DNA of 64,000 nucleotides from Harriotta raleighana. Taxonomy: Eukaryota. The notes under the pieces were generated by a model. It did no database searches and had not been told where the DNA came from. It saw only the letters and a program-made list of their open reading frames with translations. The DNA lies in assembly GCA_050575255.1 (NCBI GenBank), contig JBNZDD010013683.1, positions 585,877-649,876 on the forward strand. The letters run 5' to 3'. Made by a program: the position numbers and the translations under genes. Position 1 is the stretch's first letter; every line of letters begins with the position of its first letter. This document shows, one piece after another, positions 50,379-64,000 of this stretch.

Positions 50379-51431
50379 CTATGAAAATTGTGTTACAACA
50401 CTAATTTATGAAATCATTCATCCCAATGTAAAGTAGTACTGCATAACCAACCACCTGTCCTATACTAGGGAGGGGAGGGATGTGTTCAAACAATGGCTTA
50501 CAGGTTGGGTGTTACAATTGGCTTGCTCTTCATTGTTCAGGACAGTGTGATCTCTTGTTTATTATTACTGTTTGAGAATACTTTTGACTCCTGTGTGTGA
50601 GTTAATACCTTTCTTTATGGTCCATTGCAGCTTTCAAAACAACCTGCCAGAAATCTCACAGCGGTGGAGAGGTTCTCCTGGGCTGTGGTTGAAGAGGGCA
50701 ATTGGTTGACATCTTGGCACTTGTTACAGCACTTTGTAAGGCTCCCCTTAATTGGACCTGACTGATTTTTTTGTATGTTCAGTGCTGGGATAGAATTGAA
50801 ATTCTAATTACAGGTAAAAATCATTCTGAAGGATCATACAGCTGAGATGCAATTTCAGCTCCTCTTATATCCTCTTTGACAAAAGGTATTATCTGCCTGA
50901 TGTGATGAATGAAATACCATTTTCTTTGCCTTTGTGTTATAGGTATTTGAGATTACAGTCTGTGCACTCTGCTAATATACTGATGTGGCTTTCAGTCCTG
51001 AATTTGTGCTGTACTCAGATTGGGTATGGAGACTTACAATATAAAGCATTGTCACTGTTCTAACAAAAAGCCCTTTAAATGTATTCAGAAAATAAAATGC
51101 ACCTGACCATTGGTAAATCCCATTTTGAAGATGTAGTTTGGAAGATCTCAGCCTGTTAGCTCCCCCCACCCACTGATATCTTTGCAAATAAATGAATATT
51201 GTGGGATAAAGTTATACAGAAGCCTTGGAGTGTTCCTGAGTACGGGAATGAGGTATTTAGCACTGAACTGGCTAGTGTTCCAGCAATTCATGTTTTGGTA
51301 TTGTAAGGAGATGTGTGCTATCGGGCTCCCTATTCCAGGACCAACACAACCTCCATCTGCTGTTGAGAGACAAATGTAAAAATCAATAAATGAAGCATCA
51401 GGGACTGGGCTGGCACGTCCGACTTATACAA

Positions 51432-51570
51432 CTTATCATAGAACTTATACAACACAGAAGGAGGCCATTCGGCCATCGTGCCTATGCCTGATCTTCAAAG
51501 AGCTGTCCAAATTAATCCCACTCCCCCATAGCCTTGTAAATTTGCCCTCTCCAAATATCTATCCAACTTA
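51432..51570 (-). mobile_element. CR1-type 3' UTR fragment
   Basis: catagaacttatacaacacagaaggaggccattcggcc...aaatatctatccaact, typical reverse-oriented CR1 terminus (from memory). Confidence 0.7.
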
Positions 51571-53037
51571 TGTGTTTAAAGTGTGTAAGTCTTCGCTGCT
51601 TAGCTTCAAAGGTTTCTAAAATAATAAATGATAGCAATAATGTAAGCCAAAAAGTGCAGTTATCATCTTGTTAAATACTGTTGCATGCTTGTTCATGTCC
51701 CCCTAAGGTAATGTCTTACCCAAATCACGTACTGTGAACGTCCCACCATGGTAATGTGGGAGTTCTATTTGCCACACCACAGACTGCAGGATCGCTACAA
51801 AGTCTGTAGCTGTAATGAAAATCTTTCAAGTGTAGCTCAACGGTTTTCTTCCCAGTTCAACCCTTTGAGGGCACAACGGTATTTTCGGTTCGGAGACATT
51901 AACCACGCAAGACAGTGCAGCCCAATAATCACAATGTCACACAGAACATGTTTGGTTTCGAGTACCGTTGAGAGACATGCTGTAAGGGGATATTGTGGTT
52001 TTGTAACTTTAGAAATTTCTCAGATCCCCGGTGTACTGAGGGTGGGGCGGGGGTTGGGGGTGGGGGGGTTGCATTTAAAGAGCAAGAACTCCGACTGAAA
52101 CAAAAAAGAGTGAATCCAAAATAACTCCGAAATAACTCAAAAGGAATCTGCTCAGTGCCACTTCACATCCTCTCGCAGTGGAAGGTAGTCAGAACAATCA
52201 ATTGGCAGAGGCAAAGTCATTAACACAAGACAGTGTATTAGTTTGTTCAGCAGTGCAGTGAGGCACTACCATCTGTCAATTTTAGCTTGTAAGAATTCTA
52301 AATAAAGACAGCATAGTCTAGGGAGCACTGTGGAATTCTTATGACTTCAATTCTGTGTTCAGAATGGCCCAATTTCGGTCATCTTGTGGGGGTGGGGTTC
52401 AGGGCAGAGGATAAGTTTTCTTGTTTTAACCTCCACAGCAGGTATTGCCTGTATTATGCCTAACAAAGCTCTCTGGGGTCAGTACCAAGGTAGGTTGGGC
52501 ACTGCATTTTAAACACTGGCAGTATTAATTGCTGGTTCCCACTGGCGAACTCAATAAAGTTTCAGTGGGATCTGATTCTCTGCTGGCAGATACATTTACT
52601 GATGTTTGAAGGATATTTGCAAGTGTGGCAAGTGAATAGGATTGTGGGATTGGACTAAGTGGCTCATATGAAGAAGCTTAGACAGTTGTATCAATTGTTA
52701 TATCAAGAAGTATTATGTTCATATATTTTATTATATTGCCCCATTGTTATAGAGATCAAGCCAGTTCCATTTGCAGATGCTACATTTTTGTGTGTGTGTG
52801 GTGTCATTCCTGGCAGCAGCTTTCTTCAAACGCAATTGGAAAGAACAACGGATCTCTGGAACTTGCATCTGTCTTGGCAAGCCTTTATTAATTCACACAA
52901 AAAGGCTATCCAGTATGTCAAAAATCATTGAGTGTTCTTACAGCGAAAGTAATGATTTTTGACACCTATAATGATTAATATGTTAGTGTAAACAGCAGCA
53001 TCTGATTTGACTTATTATTTTATTAGCGTAATGTTTT

Positions 53038-53164
53038 GAGGTTTTTCAACTCTTTGCCTGAACTCCAACCTATGGTAATTTAAATGGACACGTTTCTATT
53101 NGAGGTTTTTCAACTCTTTGCCTGAACTCCAACCTATGGTAATTTAAATGGACACATTTCTATT
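53038..53164. other. Assembly artefact: 63-bp duplication around a single N
   Basis: 53038-53100 and 53102-53164 are near identical, with N at 53101. Confidence 0.9.
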
Positions 53165-55611
53165 TCCATAATTTAAAAAAAGTTTGACAAAATGATTGTG
53201 GAATTCAGAGGCTATTGGATTGAAGCTAGCTCCTCCACACGATAACTAGGAGTCATACAAGACATGACTGTGTGAGGTGGTGAAGGTCAACCTCAGGATT
53301 AAATGGTTTAGTTGCCCTGTGGTGGCTATGCTTGAGTGGTTATAGTTCAGTGGCTGATTGGATAAGGTGAACATGCTGAGAAGGGACAGAACGCTGATAA
53401 ATGAAAGCTTGCATCTGTCAACAGTCTCCGAGCAAGCCTGGGAACAGCTAGAAAGTTTCCATCCTTTCAAGAATCTAGTGTGACCAATTATTTTTCTCTT
53501 CGTGTGCATATGCCTTCCTGCCCTTGGTTGGATCTTCTCTCTCACATGAAAGGCACTGTATCAAGTGCATGTGATAACTTTCTACAAATTAACCAGCCAG
53601 TCAGTCAGAAAGTAGCATGCAGCATTGTTTGCATTCTTTGAGATAGCGATTGAATTATCTCCAACTTGTAACTAATGATATGGTTATCATTGGTGTTTTT
53701 AAAAATTATTCAATATTTTCCTTATTTTCTTTAAAAGTAGAGAGAAAACATTTTGTTCAGGAAGGCATCCAGCTTTTTGAAATGATTTATCTCTGTAATT
53801 GTGTGTGTGTATATGAGTGTGTAATATATATATGATGAAGTAAAATTTATAACAGTGTGTTACAGTTTAAAAAAAACTTGAATTGCATATTATATGTAAA
53901 GTATTAACCCCAGGCTGTTGTTAGAAATTTAATGAAACTAGACCAACAGATATAAGAAATCCAGAGGAAGTTCCTTTGCAACCAATGCCTTACAGAGAAA
54001 TACATATTTACCAGCAATTTTTACAATAACCTGAACTCATTGAAGTCCTGTCCTGTTCAGGTGGACGTTTAAGATCCAATGGCAGGATTTAGAGAAAGAA
54101 GGGAGTTTCTCCCAGGGTCCTGACCAGAATCCAAAGTAGGAATGAGCTGCAGACCAGAATCAGAAGAGTAGAAGAGACACAAAGCAAGATGCGTTGATGG
54201 CTTCAGTCGAAGCAAAATGTGTGTCTCATTTTATTCATCGAGCATTAAATTTCAGGGAAGAAATATGTGGAACTGCGATATGGCATCAATAAATCCCTGT
54301 ACAATAAATAGCTAATAATTAGGGTATAATTGTTGGAGTGCTAGAATCCGTGTTGGTTATTAACAATGAATTACATTAAATTTAAGATTATAACATTTTC
54401 TTGGCAGAGCACACAAAATGCTGAACTCGTTGAAAATAATTGTCACTAATTTGTTAGCTTCCTCAACGACCCAGGTTGTTTGAAGATGCCAATGTCTCCA
54501 TTCATTAAGGGAGAAGTCTTGAAGTGATAAAAACGCTATATCAAATGCAAGGATTATTATTATTATGCATGGGTCGAGGCAGACAACCACATTGTAATGA
54601 GTTTGCATTGTATTATAATTGGGTGGACCCTGAAAGTCTAGTCCATAACCAAAAATCAGCGTTTTTCTGGTTTATGTAGAGGGGTTAGAATTTCTATCAT
54701 CTCATTAATAGCACATGTACAGTGACTGAAATATCAGGAAAGTAGACGAATAATGAAACAGATGTGTTATTTGTCCATTGATTAAATAAAATCAGCTCAG
54801 CAACGATCTAGCAGCATGAGGCATCCACTTAAACCTAGATTCCAGCTCAAGTTACAGGTGAGACAACCAGATTTCCTAACTAACTGATGTGAAATAGCAA
54901 CTGATTTCAATATAGAAAAACTTGCTCTGCATTAACAACTACAACAACAAAATTACATTTGTATAGCGCCTTTCACGTCAGGAGGAATTAATCATTACTT
55001 GAGGAAAGATTTTTTTTGTTTCCTACCAGCAACATTTTAATTACCTAAATGAGTATGTCTATTTACTGTCTTGCTGCCTTTTACTATAGTCAATGTAAAT
55101 TAATGCATATTTACAGTATTTTCTTAATGTTCAATTATCCCACTATCCATTGCTGAGTATGAGGCTTCATTTAGAGTAAGCTAACAATAAAGAAGCGATT
55201 TCCCTTTTGATCTAGAATTTTTCAATACACACTTCAATTTTCACCATGACAAATACTAATCCATTAATCGCCTATTTATCTACTACAGGATTGCTTGTGT
55301 AAATCTTTCTATTTTGCTGCCTCGAGATTATTTTCTGAATCAGTGCGACTCTCAATGATTATCCTGAAGGATACAAATAGTGGGAAATTAGTGATGCACT
55401 TAACGTGAAAGAAAATATACTTTGAAGTCTTTTATGAGAAAGCTAGCTCTCACCCACAGCTTATATTGATGTATGAATAAAACCCCTAAAACATGGTATT
55501 TATCTACCCTCTTTGCTGTCCTGGAGCTGTTTCAGTTTGTAACACTGACATGAGCTGTACAGTTTGCACATAATGGACATGTGTAGTTGTTGCTAAGTGA
55601 ACTATAATATG

Positions 55612-55710
55612 TATAATAATCCTTGCAGTTCATGTATCACTTCGTCGAGACATCTCAAAGCTCTTCACAGAATATACTGTATAGTGAATTGACTGTATAT
55701 TTTGTGGGCA
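55612..55710 (-). mobile_element. SINE 3' fragment
   Basis: taataatccttgca...cttcacagaatatactgtatagtgaattgactgtatattttgtgggc. Confidence 0.85.
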
Positions 55711-56499
55711 TAACTGGTCTGCATTTTCATTGTAATGTAACAAAAAACGCCATCAGCCCATCATCGGTTAGCCTTGAACAGACAGTGTTAAATGCTTTCT
55801 TGAAGTTAATTTAGAGTTGTGTTTTAAAGCTCAGGACTTTCTCCCTAAAGCAAGATTGATCCAAAGTTCAACATATTAGTCTAATGTTACAACTGGCATA
55901 ATTTAAACTTGAGTCATTCTTCACAGTGTCCGAGCTTCCCTGACCTAGAGAATTACCTGGCCTATTTGATCAAATATGCCTTGACTTGTGCTAAAACCAT
56001 CAATCCTTTTTAGAATTAGATATTCATCCAGTTTTCTGGTGAAAAAAAACTACAAGTTAATCTACATAGTATTCATTATGTTTGACTGCAGTCTATTTCA
56101 GACATCTATCACTTCTACAAGGATCTTTTGCTTTTAATCTCTCAACTCACATGAGACTTGAGAAATTTGTACCAATATCTTTTAACTATGTGACTACAGC
56201 CTTAATTAAATCACCAAGGGGGACTTTCGTTTCTCTGTTCATTAAAAATGAGCATAAAGCCCATTTAGCTAACATTTCGAAGGAATGCAAATGAAATTCA
56301 AGGAATGACTGGCATTCCTAATTCCTAGTGTAGGAAATGTGCTCTTGGTTATTATCCACAGCCAATAATAATTCAACTTCGAGAATGTGTAGCTTACACC
56401 TGTTGAGACAATGCTCCACATGTCTCACTTGATCTAATACTCTAAGCTGACACTTCCATGCTGTTTTGAAGGTGGGAATGCAGTTCTTAAAGTGCTGAC

Positions 56500-56692
56500 T
56501 TTTGTCCCTCCCACTGACCCCCTCCCTTGCCTCCTTCAAGACTTATCTCAAGACCCACTTGTTCGACCATACCTTCAGTCACTCTCTTTCCTCCTCCACC
56601 CTCCTCGATCCCGACCCCCAACTCGGGCCGAAACACTGATTGTCCATCGCCTCCCGATGTGAAAGGCGCTATACAAATCTAATGTTGTTATT
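56500..56692 (+). mobile_element. L2 3' end
   Basis: ccttgcctccttcaagacttatctcaagacccacttgttcgacc...ctcccgatgtgaaaggcgctatacaaat. Confidence 0.85.
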
Positions 56693-57799
56693 GTATGATG
56701 ATCCAGCTAAGAATTCAACATAAAGTATTAACATTATTTTAAAAAACTCAAATATGATTAAGTGAAACACACTCACATGAAAATATAGGAAATATGTTAT
56801 GTGCGAAACAGTTATTTGCTGATGACTAAGAATAATTGCAAGGAAAAGATCAAATTTAGAATTTGGGCTCTGAAGGATTAAGGCATATTTCGGTCAACCC
56901 AACCTGTAATGGATGCAAGTGCTGAAAATTAATTGCAAGCTAATGTCCACAAGACCCAAGAGCCACAGACTGTGTAATCCAAATGGATTACTACATGTAA
57001 CACATTGCTGAGGCAGCACGCCACTGGAATGTTTTCATCCATCAACAAGAGACACAATGATTTGATTACTTCAGGCAGAATAAGTGAGTAACCTACACTC
57101 GCTCTTCATAAGCAAAGTGGGAGACCATCTCCATCTTATTCACAAGTGCTCCCGTGCTCACACTATCCAGGACTAACCAAGTGAGGGCTTGACAGCAGTG
57201 GGCAAAGAGCCAAGTTCAATTTTGGCCATATCTTGGATCCAATTGAAAGAATAGCGCCAATTCTATATGACAATGATAATCAAATATTAAAGCCATTTTA
57301 ACTTTAAATGAAAATAATACAAATTGATTCCCATTAATGTGTGTCATGGTACATCCTGAAGGAATAATTTGGTATTTCTTCAGCTCTTGCTTGTGCCAAG
57401 CCAGCGGTGTAATGTGCTTTGAGACTTCCTCCTGATCCTTTATATGAATGTATATTGTATTCCCTTTTTGAAACTAGCTGTACCCTAATGATCTGACTGC
57501 CGGCACTGACATCAACGTGGAGAATCAAAAGGTGTTTGAAATGTTGTAAACCAAGAGAGAATATGATACCACTATGACAATGCTGACTTCATCGAAATTA
57601 GAACTGAGATCTGGGTCCAGGTGATGTTCCCAAGAGGTCGGCTGCGACACACCGGGATTTTGCTATTTACAGCTCCTTCTGGGATTCCACCATTTAAATC
57701 CCGTTGCAGGTTTTGCTGCCTTTAAAACACAGATTCTTTGTACTCATCCCAACATGGCATCTGTCAGAATTTGGACAAAGAATCTCAAAAATTCTGTAT

Positions 57800-57960
57800 C
57801 TTGGCCTCAAGACCTATCTCTTTGACCTTGCTCACTGTTGATCATTCTTCTCCTCCACCCTCTTCAGCTATCACATCCACAGCTTGAGTGCCCAACCATC
57901 TGTGTAAAGAGTTTTGAGATGTCCTCACAGATGTGAAAGGCATTACGTGAATAAAAATTG
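57800..57960 (+). mobile_element. L2 3' end, degraded
   Basis: ggcctcaagacctatctctttgacc...gatgtgaaaggcatt. Confidence 0.7.
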
Positions 57961-58500
57961 TACAATTTATCGTATTTCCCTTCTTCACCAGTCTGTCTAT
58001 GTTCTGTGTCTCAGCCTGTGTATTCTACTGATGGGTGACCAATGATTGCCTTTTTCAATCCAAGCCACCCACAGAGCACATTTCTTTCCTGGACTTTGTT
58101 ATTGGCGACGACACAGACGAAAGAACCGAGAAGTCAGCCGGGTTCATCCCAATTAACACTTCAAATTACAATTGTGAAGTCTGTGCCTTTGTGCTACACT
58201 TGGCTGTCAACGCTCGCTGAAATAGACTGTCAATAAGCTGTCTGTAGAGACTAGGTCAACCTTGGATATCATTGAAGAATTAAATGTGTTTTAAGATGTT
58301 TTGAGAAAGCTGATGGAATGCCTCACAATATGAAGTGAAAAAACATAAATCATGTGACTTTTATGCCTGGAGAATTAAAAGGGCCACTCATGGGACATAA
58401 CCTCGGATGTTTGTAAAGTTGTTAAGACTCTAAAAGGAAAACTCCACCTAAGCCATGTTAACAGGGGAAAGGGACAGATTTCAATAAAGCTCATCAAGTA

Positions 58501-58884
58501 CAATAAAACCTTTGTTATCTGGCACCCTCAGGAACAGCTCGGAGCCAGTTAATCAAATATGCCGGATATTCAAACGGCAAGTTGCCGAAAATCCTACAAA
58601 AAAAACCTTATTTTAAAACATACCATATTAATAATAGACGAACAACAGAATATTGTATGGATACTTACCAATAAGCATTCCAGCACACTCGGTAAATTGA
58701 TCGGTAAAAAAGCAATCCAGCGTCCGGTAAGTTTAATAAGTACGCATGTGCCACTAATGCGCAAAGTGAGCATACTGCGAGTGTCCCAGATCCCCCATTA
58801 CAATTGGATGATACCGGTTGGTTGAGTATCCCGGTTGGTTGAATATGCTGGTTAGTTGGGTACCGGATAAAGAAGGTTTTACAG
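58501..58884. mobile_element. Non-autonomous Tigger/pogo-like (Tc1-mariner) MITE
   Basis: TA flanks at 58499-58500 and 58885-58886; TIRs CAATAAAACCTTTGTTATCTGGCACC versus reverse complement CTGTAAAACCTTCTTTATCCGGTACC (20/26 identical); subterminal ccggttggttga repeats. Confidence 0.85.
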
Positions 58885-59214
58885 TAAATTCATTCTTACG
58901 GGTTTGTCTGATGCTGTGGTACTTTGGCCGCATTTGTGAAAGCTTGAACTCAAATATGCCCCAGCGCCTGCCAAGTTACAGACAAAATCGGTTACTACTC
59001 AATCTCATTGAACTGAGTACTGTGCTTGGCAGTCCTGTGGCTTCAACCTGTAACCTTTGAATTCAAGAGAGCACAATCCACAGTATTCATCATTGTTATT
59101 TTAAACCTGAATTCTGGCTTCCGGTTTATCCAAATATCTTGGGAGTATATACCAAAAAAGGGACATTCTTTTGTTTTCTTCCAAATTAGTTTGACTTTGT
59201 TTCTTTGTTTGACT

Positions 59215-59600
59215 CTTGTACTCTTGCCTCTTAGTCACAAGGTTGTGAGTTCAACTCGTATAGTCTAGGCTGACATTCCAATACCGTGCAGAAGATGCGT
59301 TGCATTGTTGGAGCTTCCCATTCTATGGATGAGATGTTAAACCGAGGATCCGTCTACCTGTTTAGGTGTACTTTAAAGATCCTGTGGCCCTATTCAAGAA
59401 GGGAGTTTCTTCTGATGTCTTAGACAGCAATCCCTCAAATAAAATTGTTCATTCACTCCCTGGTAGTTTTTGGGACATTGGTGTGTGCAAATTACGCCTC
59501 TACTAAATGTAGACACCACTCTTTAGAGTATATGCTGTGAAGTGCTTTCAAATGTCCTGCTGATGTGAAAAGCACTTTAACAAATGTACAAATTATTATT
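59215..59600 (+). mobile_element. Deu-domain SINE
   Basis: ctcttgcctcttagtcacaaggttgtgagttcaa; tctaggctgacattcca; ggatgagatgttaaaccgagg...tttaggtgtactttaaagatcctgtggccctatt. Confidence 0.9.
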
Positions 59601-61574
59601 ATAATAAGCAAACCATACCAGTTTCATATGGGAACAGTATAGGTCCATTAAGGTTAGCAGCTCATGTTAATATAATTATTATATTCATATTTATATAATG
59701 CATTCACCGGTTTAGAAAGATAAGGTTTGAATCATTGAGAAAATAGCAAGTTGCAATTGCGCTTAATTCATGTGCAAATAAGCCCCAGTTAGTATCAACA
59801 CTGCTTCTCATTGTCTCGGTCTGGCCAATGCATTAGGAAATTGAACAGAATCCAAGTGCATGTAAATTCTCGGAAAATTAAATCAAATGCATTCAAGAAC
59901 CAGCTTCTCAGAAACTTTACAGAAATAATAGAATTCAAGAAATTGCAATACACTGAGCACACACAATCACATAAAACTACTACTTTGGTTTCTCTTGGCA
60001 GCTTCTGATAATTCATCACTGACAACATTGATTCAATTATGACCATTATGTTTGGGTCATATGCCTCAGTAAAACGCAAGGCGACTCGTATACTAACTGA
60101 TGAAAAGGACGACACTTGGCAACTCTAACTGGATTTGGTTGTCGGAAGAGTGGGACATAATTGGGGGAATAAAAGGCTGTTGGGTGAGAATTGCAACAAT
60201 CATTTGTCTACAAATTGCACTGTCACTACATTTTACAGTAAATCCTTCGAGGCCCTGTGAGATGTTGTACCAGTGTGAAAGGTGCTATATCAAATTGCAT
60301 GATTAGCAGCAGTATTTATGAAAATGTGACTTAAATGTTGTGCTTTTCACCCCATGGGTGTAATTTATGCTGTTTGCTGTTTATTAGGCCACCTGGGTGT
60401 CTGATTCATGCGGAAGCCCATTGCCACACTTCCGAGTTTCCAAACGCCACTTACACATGGAAATTCCCATGGCTGGAATGGATTGCACTCTCTGGAATCA
60501 GGCAAGCTGAGTGCATTGCTCTCTCCCCAAAGCAATGTGCTCTGCTTACCTAATTCCAGAGAGTACTGCATTAGGCTGAGGTTGATGAGTACCAACGTTT
60601 GGAGGGCTCTGGAGTGCGCCCTGGGTTCCTGCTGTTATGACCTCACAGTTCCTGCTACTTGTCCCGTTAGGACCAACTCTCCCCATTCAGGCTTTAAATT
60701 TTAGGCTTTACAGGAGCTGAAGGGGAAGAATTCCTGTCCACTGCATAGATCCTCTTTACAACAGCAGCCAAGTTTCCCCTATTCGCCCTGAGATTATTGA
60801 TTTATTACTCAAGGTCAATTATTTTCCTCTGTAAGTGGTAAATCACCTTTTTGGCATCTCGTGTAAAAATGTTAAGCAAGGGATGTGACCCTGAAACTTG
60901 CTCTACCACTGAAAATTTCCAAGATAATATTGTGGGGAAACTCATCGCCCTTTGTGTATTAGTTGGTAATTGGAATAATCGCGTTCCAGTGAGTCGCAAA
61001 ATGATTTTTCCAATAAAATATGATTCTCAATGTTGTGAAATAACCGAGGCAAAACTACAAGCTATTCTATTCAAAATCCGAGAGAAACTGAGAGCTATAA
61101 GTGCTACACTGCTGTCGCTTCTATAAAAATAAATAGGATTTCTAAACTCCCACGTAGATTTATGTGCAAGTTCTATCGTTCCAAGTTTATTGAGCTTTGG
61201 TGGGGCTACCATCAAGTGATAGAAAGGAGCGAACTACGAGCATTTTGACTTTTAAAAGGTATTTGATAAAGCGCTTCTCAAAAGATTTTTCACAAAATCA
61301 TTTCCAATTAAATATGGGAGCGTAAAGAAAACAGCCACGTGCGTTATCAAGCCACTTTTCTGTATTATGGACATTTTTGTTACCATGTATCTCTCGAGGA
61401 AACATTCTGTTGTTCCTTCTTGCCTAAAGGGATAATCAAGTAAAACTACAGGATCTACAAAACCTTCCGTTCCTACAAACTATATCCAGCTTTTGACCTT
61501 TTGAGGTTGCTTTCCTTACAACAAGCATAGCCCCTCTTTACAACAAGGGAGCAAATCATAATGCTATCTGTGTA

Positions 61575-61705
61575 GATAACAATCCTTGCATTTGATATAG
61601 TGCCTGATCATGTCTTCGAGATGTCTCAAAGCACTTCACAGAATTTACTGTGAAGTGAACTAACTATATTCTATGGGCAAAAGGCAGCAGCCAATTGCGC
61701 ACAGA
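61575..61705 (-). mobile_element. SINE 3' fragment
   Basis: aatccttgcatttgatatagtgcc...ggcagcagccaattgcgcacag. Confidence 0.9.
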
Positions 61706-62214
61706 AAATCGGAACGAGGGGTATAACAGGAAATGGAGTTGATACCTAGAAATAAAACAAAATGTTAAAGGGTGTGGCGGGAAGGCAGGGAATTGGAATT
61801 TGGATGGTAGTGCTAATGGCACGAAATGGTTTGTAATGCAGTTGGGCTCATTGAGTCTAAATTCTGATGTCCTGCATAATGTTAAATGGTCGTTGACCAC
61901 ACCGAGAAGTTAAGAAGAGATCAATCCTTGAACTTTTCACTTTTCACAAGCAACCTAGAGAGTGAATAAAAGGTCTCTTTTAAACTTGTAAGAAAAAAAA
62001 TTGCTCATTTTAAAGACTTTTATTTGTAAGTTTTTTAAAAATTAAAATCTGGTGAAAACTTCAACCAAGGGACAATACTTTGATTCCTGTGTAATTCAGC
62101 GCAGAGTTTCTCATGGCCAGGAGATGGCAGGCTATTCGCAGCAAATGGCAGAGTCCTCCTGGCCACAAGCTGGAGAGATGATGGCAGGAATGGAGGCTTT
62201 GCCCACTTTCCTGG

Positions 62215-62490
62215 GTGTAATGCGTGCAGTGACTGTATTGTTTTAGTGTGTGATGGTGTGGGAGAGAGGTCACAAGTCCAGGGTAACAAAGAACAATTTT
62301 AGCACAACCACCAGGAAGTATTTCCCACCCAGAGAGTAATTAATGATGGGCACAATATCCCGAGAAAAATGGTTGAAGTCAGGTCACTCGGTGAATTTTA
62401 AAAAAATTAACCTGATGTTGTGATGGGAGGGAGGGGTGGCTGTTCTGGAAGGATAGGACGAAGAGCCTTCTTCATTCAAATCAATCTTGT
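62215..62490 (+). mobile_element. CR1 3' end, degraded
   Basis: gaggtcacaagtccagggtaac...cccagagagtaattaatgatgggcac...tggttgaagtc. Confidence 0.7.
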
Positions 62491-62844
62491 AAGAACAAAA
62501 GTGGCCCAAATTTCTGAAATCCACCATTGCAGATCAATATTTTGTTTTATGTTTCTGCGCTGCGGGTGATGCAGAGGTTGTTAAAATCAAACTCTTCTAT
62601 GAGCAAAGGGCGTCAGCGATAATACAAACCAGAAGTTTATATTAAACTCAGGATCTGCATTAGTGACTCCATCATATAAGAGGTTGTTCTGCCCCAAAGG
62701 CTCCTTGTGCCCTTGTAAAGTAGTCATTGATGCTGTCCTTTCAGTTTTGTTTTAGTTTTACAAAGTTTACTGCCTGAACCAATTCTGAAGTGCTCTACCT
62801 CTCTATGACTTAGAATCCAAAGCAGTGGTGATAATTATAATATT

Positions 62845-63230
62845 AATAATAATAATAATCCTTGCTTTTGATATAGCACCTTATCATGTCTTTTTGAGAT
62901 GTCTCAAAGTGCTTCAAGAATATACTGTAAAGTGAATTGACTGTATTCTTTGTGGGCAAAACAGAGCAGCCAATTGTGCACTGCAGATTCCACAAACAAT
63001 CGTGGATTGAAATGACCAATTTATTATTAATTTTTGAAGGAATTATTACCCCCCCCCGCACCCCCCCCTGGAAAAGCGATCCACCAATCAACTAACAACA
63101 GTGTTTTCCGACTCACGGCTAAGTAAGCCATGTGGAGTAAGGAAACTTGACCAACATTTTTCCTTGTAGAGAATTGAGCCCAGGTCTCTCTCTTGAGAGG
63201 CAAAGGCGCTTAACGTACTGAGCTATATGA
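62845..63230 (-). mobile_element. Full-length long-variant SINE
   Basis: (AAT)n tail, core, ctggaaaagcgatccaccaatcaactaacaac extra segment, catgtggagtaaggaaacttg, degraded head. Confidence 0.9.
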
Positions 63231-63554
63231 CACTGCTGATGGTTTTTTGTATGTTTTTGTTGTTATTTTCTGTATGTGCCGGAAACGTAGCTGCACAAAA
63301 CTAAATGGGGTAGGCTTTAAAGCTGTGGTTAACTTCTATATTCCTTGAGTCACCTTATTGCTGATGTGTAGACTGCTGTTATTGGCAGCCTCAATTGGGA
63401 GGATCAGAATTGAGTTCTTTAACCGAAACAAAGGAGTATTGCGCATTTTTCATGACAACTTGTCACAGTAATTAATTTAGCAGAAAAACAAAAACCCGGG
63501 TTTTAAACGACAAAAGATACGGAAACATTTAGGTGAAGGTGTTTGATGATAACA

Positions 63555-63908
63555 ATAGTAATCCCGCATTTGATATAGCGCTTTTCACATCTTATTGACG
63601 TCTCAAAGTGCTTCACGGAATACACTGTAAAGTGAATTGACTGTATATTTCTGGGCGAAACAGGCAGCCAATTGCAGTGTCCCACAAACAGCCGTGGATT
63701 GAAATGACCAGTTTTTATCATTGTGGATTATTATTAGGCATGTGGAGTAAGAGAATTTGCGCAATGTTTCGCCCAAATCTGCCTGGATTCAAACACAGGT
63801 CTCATGCTTATAAGGTGAGTGCTCAAACTACTATGCCTCGTGAGGTCCTCCTGGCGTGAAAGGCGCTGTATAAATTTAATTTTGTTGTTGTTGAGCTACA
63901 GGAGCTCC
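63555..63908 (-). mobile_element. Full-length SINE with a nested L2 tail (63833-63892, + strand) in its A-box
   Basis: gagtgctcaaactact [atgcctcgtgaggtcctcctggcgtgaaaggcgctgtataaatttaattttgttgttgtt] gagctacaggagctcc. Confidence 0.9.
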
Positions 63909-64000
63909 AATTTGCAGATTCAATTGCAGATCTGGCCAATTGCTACGACTGCGATTGTGCTACTGTTTTCACGTCTGCCAGGGCTTTAATCTGCTGGTGG

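Noticed and set aside
60585-60630. aaacgttg next to a stem, suggesting a second hammerhead (also about 9090)
   Set aside because: No CTGANGA core at the required position.

Overview
AT-rich vertebrate genomic DNA from a draft assembly, with one 885-N gap and three single-N contig joins. The repeat content points to a cartilaginous fish, most likely elephant shark (Callorhinchus milii); this is inferred from remembered repeat consensus sequences, not from a search. I could not identify any intact, nameable protein-coding gene, tRNA, rRNA or miRNA. The window looks intronic or intergenic. It is dominated by tRNA-derived SINEs (a CORE-like family and older Deu-domain SINEs), L2 and CR1 LINE fragments, one Tigger/pogo-like MITE and one Penelope-type hammerhead relic. 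Repeat-free islands look like possible conserved non-coding elements. The most interesting signals are: (i) a tight four-exon cluster at 43.6-45.2 kb that splices into one frame broken by only three stops (candidate unitary pseudogene); (ii) a minimal hammerhead ribozyme relic with both catalytic guanines lost at CpG sites; (iii) a covarying 3' stem-loop shared by SINEs and L2, with evidence of tail swapping and modular SINE evolution; (iv) a CpG-rich segment at about 10.4 kb with outward-facing splice donors. Repeat boundaries were set by eye and are approximate.
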